A DNA stretch of 64,000 bases from Clostridia bacterium. Lineage in GTDB: Bacteria > Bacillota > Clostridia > Oscillospirales > CAG-382. The stretch is from NCBI GenBank assembly GCA_017381715.1, contig JAFOBR010000013.1, forward strand, positions 12,170 to 76,169, in the 5' to 3' direction. The translations under genes and the position numbers were made by a program. The notes under the pieces are model-generated. The model made no database searches and was not told the DNA's origin. It was given only the letters and a program-made list of their open reading frames with translations. The first letter of the stretch is position 1. The number at the start of each line of letters is the position of its first letter. Shown here piece by piece: positions 41,736-48,787 of the stretch.

Positions 41736-43353
41736 AGAAAAGTTTTATATTACAACCGCCATTGCATATACCTCAAAGCTTCCACATATCGGCAATATTT
41801 ACGAAATAATACTTACGGATGCCATTGCCAGATATAAAAAGAAAAAGGGCTATGACGTATTTTTTCTGACCGGTACCGACGAACACGGACAGAAGATTCA
41901 ATCTGAGGCGGAAGCAAGCGGTGTTACTCCTCAGGAGTACGTTGATAAGATCGCAGGAGGAATAAAGGACCTTTGGGATCTTTACCAGTGCGAATATGAT
42001 AAATTCATACGTACCACCGATAAACAGCATGAAAAAGTAGTAAGCCATATCTATACCAAGCTTTATGAGCAGGGCGATATTTACAAGAGCGCATACGAAG
42101 GTCATTACTGCACTCCCTGCGAATCCTTCTGGACAGATTCCCAGCTTGTAGACGGAAAGTGCCCCGATTGCGGCAGAGAAGTAAAAAAAGCAAAGGAAGA
42201 GGCTTACTTCCTTCGTCTTTCCAAGTATGCTGATAAGCTGCTTGAGTACTACGAATCCCACCCCGAATTTATTACTCCCGTTTCCAGAAAGAACGAGATG
42301 GTAAACAACTTCTTAAGGCCGGGACTTCAGGACCTGTGCGTATCCAGAAGCAGCTTTACATGGGGCGTTCCTTTAGAATTTGACCCCAAGCACGTTTCCT
42401 ACGTTTGGATAGACGCGCTTTCCAACTATATAACCGCTATCGGCTATGATACGGAAAACCCCGATGAACTCTATAATAAGCTGTGGCCTGCAGACCTTCA
42501 CGTTATCGGCAAGGATATAGTTCGTTTCCACACAATATACTGGCCCATAATCCTTATGGCGCTTAACGTTCCCCTGCCCAAAAAGGTTTTGGGACACCCT
42601 TGGCTTCTCTTCGGCGAAAACAAAATGTCCAAATCCCGCGGCAACGTGCTTTACGGCGATAAGCTGGCAGAGCAGTTCGGTGTTGATGCGGTAAGATATT
42701 ATCTCCTTTCCGAAATGGGCTTTTATAACGACGGAAGCATTACCTACGAAAGCCTGATCGCACGTACCAATTCCGACCTTGCAAATATAATAGGAAACCT
42801 GGTAAGCCGTACTTCCGCAATGATCAAGCAGTATTTCGGCGGTACCGTACCCGCACCCACTTCTGCTGTTGGCGAAGCTGACGAAACCCTTAAAAACGCT
42901 GTTTCCGCCGCAAAGGAAGCATTCATGGCGAAGATGGACGAATATCTTGTAGCAGACGCTTCCGAAGCAGTGCTTAACGGATTTAAGGCTTGTAACAAGT
43001 ATATTGACGAGACCACTCCCTGGGTGCTTGCAAAGAGCGAAGAAAGCAGAGACAGACTTGCTACCGTAATGGCAAATCTGGTACAGAGTATTCGTATCTG
43101 CACTGCAATGCTTTATCCCTATATTCCTTCTACCGCAAAGCGTATTTCCGAAGTATTTGCTTATGCGGAAGATGCTTACGATTACGATAAGCTGGGCTTT
43201 GATTACAAGGTTGACGGCGTAACCGTAAACGCAGACGGCGCAAAGCTTTTTGAGCGTATAGACGAAAAGAAGTTTATGGCGGCTATCGAAGCAGAGCAAA
43301 AGGAAAAAGAAAAAGAACGCAAAAAAGAAGAAAAGAAGGCTGAAAAAGCCTAA
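41725..43353 (+). CDS. metG: Methionine--tRNA ligase, catalytic and anticodon-binding body, ending at an in-frame TAA
   Basis: The ORF is 542 aa. It has the HIGH-type ...YTSKLPHIGNIYE..., a zinc knuckle CTPCESFW...CPDCG and KMSKS. The ORF ends in a K/E-rich linker, and the same frame continues into the C-terminal domain. Confidence 0.9.
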   Translation: MNNKEKFYITTAIAYTSKLPHIGNIYEIILTDAIARYKKKKGYDVFFLTGTDEHGQKIQSEAEASGVTPQEYVDKIAGGIKDLWDLYQCEYDKFIRTTDKQHEKVVSHIYTKLYEQGDIYKSAYEGHYCTPCESFWTDSQLVDGKCPDCGREVKKAKEEAYFLRLSKYADKLLEYYESHPEFITPVSRKNEMVNNFLRPGLQDLCVSRSSFTWGVPLEFDPKHVSYVWIDALSNYITAIGYDTENPDELYNKLWPADLHVIGKDIVRFHTIYWPIILMALNVPLPKKVLGHPWLLFGENKMSKSRGNVLYGDKLAEQFGVDAVRYYLLSEMGFYNDGSITYESLIARTNSDLANIIGNLVSRTSAMIKQYFGGTVPAPTSAVGEADETLKNAVSAAKEAFMAKMDEYLVADASEAVLNGFKACNKYIDETTPWVLAKSEESRDRLATVMANLVQSIRICTAMLYPYIPSTAKRISEVFAYAEDAYDYDKLGFDYKVDGVTVNADGAKLFERIDEKKFMAAIEAEQKEKEKERKKEEKKAEKA

Positions 43354-43374
43354 AAGAAGGCTGAAAAAGCAAAA
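43333..43374 (+). repeat. 21-nt (7-codon) tandem duplication containing the metG stop
   Basis: AAGAAGGCTGAAAAAGCCTAA (43333-43353) is followed directly by AAGAAGGCTGAAAAAGCAAAA (43354-43374). The copies differ only at 43350 (C/A) and 43351 (T/A). Confidence 0.9.
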
Positions 43375-43692
43375 GAGCTTATCGGTATTGATGATTTTGC
43401 AAAGGTAGAGCTTACCGTAGGCAAGATACTCACCTGCGAAAAGGTGGAAATATCCGATAAGCTGTTAAAGCTTACCGTTGATATCGGCGAAACACGTCAG
43501 GTGGTTTCCGGTATCGCAAAATGGTATGCGCCCGAAGCTCTTATCGGCAAGAAGATAATACTCGTTTCCAACCTCCGTCCCGCAGTTCTTCGCGGTGTAG
43601 AGAGCAACGGTATGATCCTTGCGTCCGGTGAAGATGAGGTTAAGGTTGTCTTTATTGACGACAGCGTTCCTGTGGGAAGTAAGGTAAGATAA
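43354..43692 (+). other. Detached MetRS C-terminal tRNA-binding OB-fold domain (EMAP/Trbp111/CsaA-like), in frame behind the TAA
   Basis: The same frame as metG (41725 and 43444 are both 1 mod 3) has no further stop. The translation is KKAEKAKELIGIDDFAKVELTVGKILTCEKVEISDKLLKLTVDIGETRQVVSGIAKWYAPEALIGKKIILVSNLRPAVLRGVESNGMILASGED.... The first canonical start is GTG 43444 (track ORF 43444..43692), which lies inside the domain. Confidence 0.8.
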
Positions 43693-44453
43693 TGTTTGAT
43701 TCCCACGCTCACTACGATGATAAGCAGTTTGACGAGGACAGGGATATACTTATCTCTTCCCTCTTTGAACAAGGCGTTAAAGGATTTTTAAACGCATCTT
43801 CCGATATAGCATCTTCCTACGCTTCTCTCGCTTTGGCACACAAATACGAAAACGTATATGCCGCCGTGGGTATTCATCCCCACGAAGCGGCTGAAGTAAG
43901 CGAAGACTGGCTGAACGAGCTGGACAAAATTTCAAGTGATAAAAAAGCTGTGGCTATCGGCGAGATCGGCTTGGATTACCACTATGATTTTTCTCCCCGC
44001 GACATACAAATGAAGGTGTTTGAAGCACAGATGGCGTTTGCGGAAAAGAAGAATATGCCGGTAGTAATCCACGACCGTGAAGCTCACGGAGATACGCTTG
44101 CGGTAATAGACAAATTCCCCAACGTAAAAGGCGTGCTTCACAGCTTTTCCGGCAGCTACGAAATGGCTGAATACCTGGTTCGCAAGGGCTGGTATATTTC
44201 CTTTTCCGGTTCGGTTACCTTTAAGACAGCGGAAAAACTACGCCACGCAGTGACTGCGGTTCCCATAGACCGCGTTATGTGTGAAACGGATGCGCCGTAT
44301 CTTACTCCCGTACCCTTAAGGGGCAAGCGAAATGACAGCGTTAAGATGCGTCATACCGTTGAAAAGCTTGCGGAAATATACGGTATTTCCTTTGAGGAGA
44401 TGGCGGAAATCTGTTTAAACAACGCTTATACCCTGTTCGGTATAGTAAAATAA
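43692..44453 (+). CDS. tatD: TatD family metal-dependent hydrolase/DNase
   Basis: The protein is 253 aa, with MFDSHAHYDD..., ...EIGLDYHY... and ...VIHDREAHGD.... The metG-tatD order matches Bacillus (metS-yabD). Confidence 0.9.
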   Translation: MFDSHAHYDDKQFDEDRDILISSLFEQGVKGFLNASSDIASSYASLALAHKYENVYAAVGIHPHEAAEVSEDWLNELDKISSDKKAVAIGEIGLDYHYDFSPRDIQMKVFEAQMAFAEKKNMPVVIHDREAHGDTLAVIDKFPNVKGVLHSFSGSYEMAEYLVRKGWYISFSGSVTFKTAEKLRHAVTAVPIDRVMCETDAPYLTPVPLRGKRNDSVKMRHTVEKLAEIYGISFEEMAEICLNNAYTLFGIVK

Positions 44454-44466
44454 CCCAAAAACCAAA

Positions 44467-44496
44467 GTGTTTTTATAAAAGTTTTATAAAAAACAC
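44467..44496. other. AT-rich near-perfect palindrome between tatD and gap
   Basis: GTGTTTTTATAAAA (44467-44480), then g, then TTTTATAAAAAACAC (44482-44496). The arms are 14 bp with one extra A. Confidence 0.6.
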
Positions 44497-44598
44497 AAAA
44501 TTTACAAAAAACCCCTTGTTTTTTCTCAATATATGGTATAAAATAAATCGGTTTAAAAAATTAATTAACACTCATAAACATTTTTTGGAGGAATTAAA

Positions 44599-45618
44599 AT
44601 GGCAGTAAAAGTTGCAATCAATGGTTTCGGCCGTATCGGTCGTCTCGCATTCAGACAGATGTTCGGCGCAAAGGGTTATCAGGTAGTTGCTATCAACGAC
44701 CTTACCAGCCCCTCTATGCTCGCTCATCTTATCAAGTATGACTCTGCACAGGGCAGATACAACCACGAAGTTTCCGCTAACGACGAAGAAGGCACCATCA
44801 CCGTAGACGGTAAGACCATCAAGATCTACGCTGAAAAGGATGCTAACAACTGTCCTTGGAAGAAGCTCAAGGTTGACGTAGTTCTCGAATGCACCGGTTT
44901 CTACACCAGCAAGGCTAAGGCTTCTGCTCACATCAACGCAGGCGCTAAGAAGGTAGTTATCTCTGCTCCCGCAGGAAACGATCTTCCTACCATCGTTTAC
45001 AATGTTAACGAAAACACCCTTACCGCAGAAGACAACGTAATTTCCGCTGCTTCCTGCACCACCAACTGCCTCGCTCCCATGGCTAAGGCTCTCAATGATT
45101 ACGCTCCCATCCAGAGCGGTATCATGACCACCATCCACGCTTTCACCGGCGACCAGATGGTTCTCGACGGTCCTCACAGAAAGGGTGACCTCCGCCGCGC
45201 TCGTGCAGCAGCTGTTAACATCGTTCCTAACTCTACCGGCGCTGCAAAGGCTATCGGTCTTGTTATCCCCGAACTCAACGGCAAGCTCATCGGCTCCGCT
45301 CAGAGAGTTCCCGTTCCTACCGGTTCTTCCACCCTTCTCGTTGCAGTTGTTAAGGGCAAGGACGTTACCAAGGAAGGCATCAACGCTGCTATGAAGGCTG
45401 CTTCCAACGAATCCTTCGGTTACACTGAAGAACAGCTCGTTTCCAGCGATATCGTTGGTATCACCTACGGTTCTCTGTTCGATGCAACTCAGACCATGGT
45501 TTCCAAGATCGACGATGATACCTATCAGGTACAGGTAGTTTCTTGGTACGATAACGAAAACAGCTACACCAGCCAGATGGTTCGTACTATCAAGTACTTC
45601 GCTGAACTCAGCAAATAA
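44599..45618 (+). CDS. gap: Type I glyceraldehyde-3-phosphate dehydrogenase
   Basis: The protein is 339 aa, with [19 protein letters not shown]... and the active site ...[12 protein letters not shown].... The RBS is GGAGGA. Confidence 0.97.
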   Translation: MAVKVAINGFGRIGRLAFRQMFGAKGYQVVAINDLTSPSMLAHLIKYDSAQGRYNHEVSANDEEGTITVDGKTIKIYAEKDANNCPWKKLKVDVVLECTGFYTSKAKASAHINAGAKKVVISAPAGNDLPTIVYNVNENTLTAEDNVISAASCTTNCLAPMAKALNDYAPIQSGIMTTIHAFTGDQMVLDGPHRKGDLRRARAAAVNIVPNSTGAAKAIGLVIPELNGKLIGSAQRVPVPTGSSTLLVAVVKGKDVTKEGINAAMKAASNESFGYTEEQLVSSDIVGITYGSLFDATQTMVSKIDDDTYQVQVVSWYDNENSYTSQMVRTIKYFAELSK

Positions 45619-45637
45619 GAAGCATTTTAAAAATTCA

Positions 45638-45670
45638 AGTGCCGCGGTATATTCGCGGCACTGATTTTAT
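45638..45670 (+). terminator. Rho-independent terminator of gap
   Basis: AGTGCCGCG (45638-45646) pairs with CGCGGCACT (45654-45662), followed by GATTTTAT. Confidence 0.8.
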
Positions 45671-45703
45671 ATCTTGGTATCATAAACATTTTAAGAGGTA
45701 ATT

Positions 45704-46285
45704 ATGCCCACGCTTATCTTTAACAGCATTTTACTCGGAATAGGTCTTGCTATGGACGCTTTTTCGGTTTCCCTGGCAAACGGACTCAACGAGCCGTGTA
45801 TGTCAAAAAAGAAAATATGCGGCGTTGCGGGAACTTTTGCCGTTTTTCAGGCAATAATGCCCCTTATCGGCTGGCTGTGCGTTCACACCGTAGTTCAGTA
45901 TTTCACAGCGTTTGAAAGCTTTATCCCCTGGATAGCTCTTGTGTTGCTGGGCTTTATCGGCGGTAAGATGATATACGAAAGCGCCACCTGTAAAGAAGAA
46001 GGCGGATGCGAATGTAAAAAGCTGGGAATAGGCGCTTTGATCGTTCAGGGCATAGCCACTTCCATAGACGCTCTTTCCGTTGGGTTTACCATTTCCGATT
46101 ACGACCTTACAAAAGCGCTGTTATGTGCCGCTATAATCGCGATACTGACGTTTGCCATCTGTTTTGCAGGTGTTATTATCGGCAAAAGAGCGGGCACAAA
46201 GCTTGCGGGAAAAGCAGGATACCTTGGTGGCATCATACTGATAATTATCGGTCTGGAAATATTTATAAAAGGAATATTCTTTTAA
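45704..46285 (+). CDS. mntP: Manganese efflux pump MntP
   Basis: The protein is 193 aa. ...LGIGLAMDAFSVSLANG... and the second-half repeat ...GIATSIDALSVGF... are the typical MntP/DUF204 pattern. Confidence 0.9.
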   Translation: MPTLIFNSILLGIGLAMDAFSVSLANGLNEPCMSKKKICGVAGTFAVFQAIMPLIGWLCVHTVVQYFTAFESFIPWIALVLLGFIGGKMIYESATCKEEGGCECKKLGIGALIVQGIATSIDALSVGFTISDYDLTKALLCAAIIAILTFAICFAGVIIGKRAGTKLAGKAGYLGGIILIIIGLEIFIKGIFF

Positions 46286-46301
46286 TTTAAAATCACAAAA
46301 A

Positions 46302-46335
46302 ATACCTGCTTTGGCATGAAACGCAAAGCAGGTAT
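46302..46335. terminator. Bidirectional terminator (mntP / S-component gene)
   Basis: ATACCTGCTTTG (46302-46313) pairs with CAAAGCAGGTAT (46324-46335), a perfect 12-bp stem. An A-run lies upstream and a T-run downstream. Confidence 0.8.
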
Positions 46336-46341
46336 AATTTT

Positions 46342-46926
46342 TTATTTTCTGTTTTTCTGAAGAGCAAAAACGACTGCGGGACACAAAGCAACGCAGGTAA
46401 TAACCTCTATAATAAAATTAACACCCACAAGTCCCAAAAAGATATAAGATACAACCGTAGCGCTTTGAGCAGATGCCCACTCATGCAACAGAGGGTTAAA
46501 CAGCGTTATGAACGCTATGAGGAAAAATCCGGTATTGAAAACGGGCAGCAAAGCCGAAAGCAGAAAAGAACGCCACTTTTTTTCCTTGAATTTTGCGGTA
46601 AGCGCACTCACAAGAACAACACAGCAAGCTGCAAGTATAACTCTTAACGCAGAGCCTATAAAGGTTTTTACAGGGCTTAAAGCAAACATTATTCCTCCGC
46701 CCACATCAAAGCCTATGGCACATTCAACAAAAAGGGTTATTCCCATTGCCGCAGAAACAATTATGCCGCATTTTGCACCGTAGTGTATACAAGCAACGGC
46801 AACCGGAATAAGAGCCAGTGTAAGAGAAAACTGTAGATAATTTGTCATTAAAGTGGACAGTATCTGCAAGACTACGGTAAGCGAGCACAGAATAGCGCAA
46901 TCCACAATGAATTTGCTTTTTTTCAC
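46342..46926 (-). CDS. Small polytopic membrane protein, ECF-transporter S-component-like (vitamin uptake?)
   Basis: GTG 46926 is 5 nt after GAGGTG. The protein is ~194 aa with 5-6 TM helices and a RibU-like size and topology. The family call is weak. Confidence 0.55.
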   Translation of the reverse strand: MKKSKFIVDCAILCSLTVVLQILSTLMTNYLQFSLTLALIPVAVACIHYGAKCGIIVSAAMGITLFVECAIGFDVGGGIMFALSPVKTFIGSALRVILAACCVVLVSALTAKFKEKKWRSFLLSALLPVFNTGFFLIAFITLFNPLLHEWASAQSATVVSYIFLGLVGVNFIIEVITCVALCPAVVFALQKNRK

Positions 46927-47074
46927 AGCTGCACCTCGATTCGAATTTTTGTGCACAAACATTATAAATAAAATTACAAAAAAATCAATACTTATATAGA
47001 AAAAGGATCAAAAAACATCTTTATTTTTTTTAAAACATATGTTATAATATTACGATAATTTTATTAAGAGGTGC

Positions 47075-48466
47075 TTGTTTTTGGATATAAATAATATCTC
47101 GCATAACGGCAATATATATTTTGTAGGTATCGGCGGAATTTCTATGTCCTCTCTGGCAGAGATACTGCACAGAAAAGGATATAAAGTAAGCGGTTACGAC
47201 TGTTGCTCCTCCCCTGCTACAGACCATCTTAAAGAGCTTGGTATACCCGTATACCACCAAACGGAAAAAGAACATTTTGACGGCGTAACAGCGGCAATAG
47301 TTACCGCCGCAGTACACGAGGATAACCCTGAGATTATCGAGCTTCGCTCAAGAAACATTCCCTGCTACTCCCGTGCAGAGCTTTTGGGTGCATTGGGAAG
47401 TAAATATGCAAATTCAATTGCGGTGGCGGGGACTCACGGAAAATCCACCACCACAGGTATGCTGAGCGATATTTTTACCACAGCAAAAAATTCCGACCCT
47501 ACCATTCTCGCAGGCGCAATAGTGCCCGAGCTGGGAAGAACCTTCAGACTGGGAACCGACGAAAACTTTATTTACGAAGCTTGTGAATATACCGATTCGT
47601 TTTTGTCCTTTTATCCCCATATTGCCGCAGTTCTTAACCTTGAACTGGACCACACGGATTATTTCCCCGATATAGCGGCTTTGGAAAGATCTTTTTCCAA
47701 ATTCATAAACAATGCGGGAAAAGACGGAATTGCCGTTGTAAATATGGATTCTCTGCACACCATGGAAGCGGTTAAGGGATGCGTGCCCAAAGTAGTTACC
47801 TACTCCCCTTCCGGTAACAAAGAAGCAGATTATTACGTTACAGACCTTGAGTTTGATCACGGCTTTGCAAGATATAAAATTTGGCACAACTGCAAAATGC
47901 TTGCCGAGATATCTTTATCCGTTCCCGGTGTTCACAATGTGGCGGATTCCCTCTGTGCCGCCGTATGTGCGGATTTAAGCGGCATAGAAGCAAACGATAT
48001 TGTTGCCGGTTTAAAGATGTTCAAAGGCGTTTCCAGACGTTTTGAGCTTAAAGGCACGCTTAACGGCGCACCCGTGTTTGATGATTACGCCCACCATCCT
48101 GACGAAATTAAAGCAACTCTTTCTGCCGCAAAGATGATGGAATATGACCGTGTGATCACCGTATTCCAGCCCCACACATATTCAAGATTACACGATCTGT
48201 TTGAAGATTTCGCAAGCTCCTTTAAAAACTCCGATATTACCGTATTTGCAGAGATCTTTTCCGCATCCAGAGAAAAGGATGTTTTCGGTATCTCTTCAAA
48301 GAATCTTGCCGAAAAGGTTTCCGGCTCGGTATACTTCCCTACCTTTGCGGAAATTGAGGAATATTTGCAAAAAGAAGTGCGCAAAGGCGATATTGTTATC
48401 GTTATGGGCGCAGGCGACGTAACGAAGATTAGCAAAGATTTGATAAAAAGCGAAAAAAACAGTTGA
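47075..48466 (+). CDS. murC: UDP-N-acetylmuramate--L-alanine ligase
   Basis: ...IYFVGIGGISMSSLAEIL... and the ATP site ...AVAGTHGKSTTT.... The start is TTG 47075, or more likely TTG 47081, which is 7 nt after AAGAGGTG. An extended -10 TGtTATAAT lies at 47040-47048. Confidence 0.93.
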   Translation: MFLDINNISHNGNIYFVGIGGISMSSLAEILHRKGYKVSGYDCCSSPATDHLKELGIPVYHQTEKEHFDGVTAAIVTAAVHEDNPEIIELRSRNIPCYSRAELLGALGSKYANSIAVAGTHGKSTTTGMLSDIFTTAKNSDPTILAGAIVPELGRTFRLGTDENFIYEACEYTDSFLSFYPHIAAVLNLELDHTDYFPDIAALERSFSKFINNAGKDGIAVVNMDSLHTMEAVKGCVPKVVTYSPSGNKEADYYVTDLEFDHGFARYKIWHNCKMLAEISLSVPGVHNVADSLCAAVCADLSGIEANDIVAGLKMFKGVSRRFELKGTLNGAPVFDDYAHHPDEIKATLSAAKMMEYDRVITVFQPHTYSRLHDLFEDFASSFKNSDITVFAEIFSASREKDVFGISSKNLAEKVSGSVYFPTFAEIEEYLQKEVRKGDIVIVMGAGDVTKISKDLIKSEKNS

Positions 48467-48491
48467 CAAACAAAGAATTTTATAGTATTAT
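48463..48491 (+). promoter_or_regulatory. Sigma-A-type promoter of rpmB
   Basis: TTGACA (48463-48468, overlapping the murC stop), a 17-nt spacer, then TATTAT (48486-48491). Confidence 0.55.
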
Positions 48492-48535
48492 AAGGTGTTC
48501 GAATTTTTATAGCATTTGATTTGGAGGTGTAATAG

Positions 48536-48721
48536 ATGGCAAAGTGTTCCGTATGTGGAAAGAGCGTTACTTTCGGTCACAACGTTTCCCATTCCAACAG
48601 AAAGACCAACAGAGTTTGGAAGCCCAACATAAGAAAGGTTAAGGCTGTTGTAAACGGCAGCAATACTACCGTTTCCGTATGCTCCCGCTGCCTTCGTTCC
48701 GGCAAGGTTGAAAGAGCTTAA
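48536..48721 (+). CDS. rpmB: 50S ribosomal protein L28
   Basis: The protein is 61 aa: MAKCSVCGKSVTFGHNVSHSNRKTNRVWKPNI... Confidence 0.95.
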   Translation: MAKCSVCGKSVTFGHNVSHSNRKTNRVWKPNIRKVKAVVNGSNTTVSVCSRCLRSGKVERA

Positions 48722-48745
48722 TTTCTGAATTAAACGACCAAAAAC

Positions 48746-48779
48746 AAATCCGACAGAAAACTCTGTCGGATTTTTGTTT
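48746..48779. terminator. Bidirectional terminator (rpmB / anti-sigma-like gene)
   Basis: AAATCCGACAG (48746-48756) pairs with CTGTCGGATTT (48763-48773), then TTGTTT. An A-run lies upstream. Confidence 0.8.
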
Positions 48780-48787
48780 AGGTTGTT

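Noticed and set aside
43444-43692. The 82-aa GTG-initiated ORF taken at face value as an independent small gene.
   Set aside because: Homology to the MetRS C-terminal OB-fold starts ~23 codons upstream of this GTG in the same frame (IGIDDFAKVELTVGKI...). The GTG has no spaced Shine-Dalgarno sequence. I treat it as part of the interrupted metG frame.
45619-45703. Search for leader riboswitches or T-boxes: yybP-ykoY upstream of mntP, a T-box upstream of metG, and an FMN element upstream of the S-component gene.
   Set aside because: The mntP upstream gap is 85 nt and mostly occupied by the gap terminator. metG overlaps tadA, so it has no leader. The 46927-47074 region is AT-rich promoter DNA without conserved riboswitch cores.
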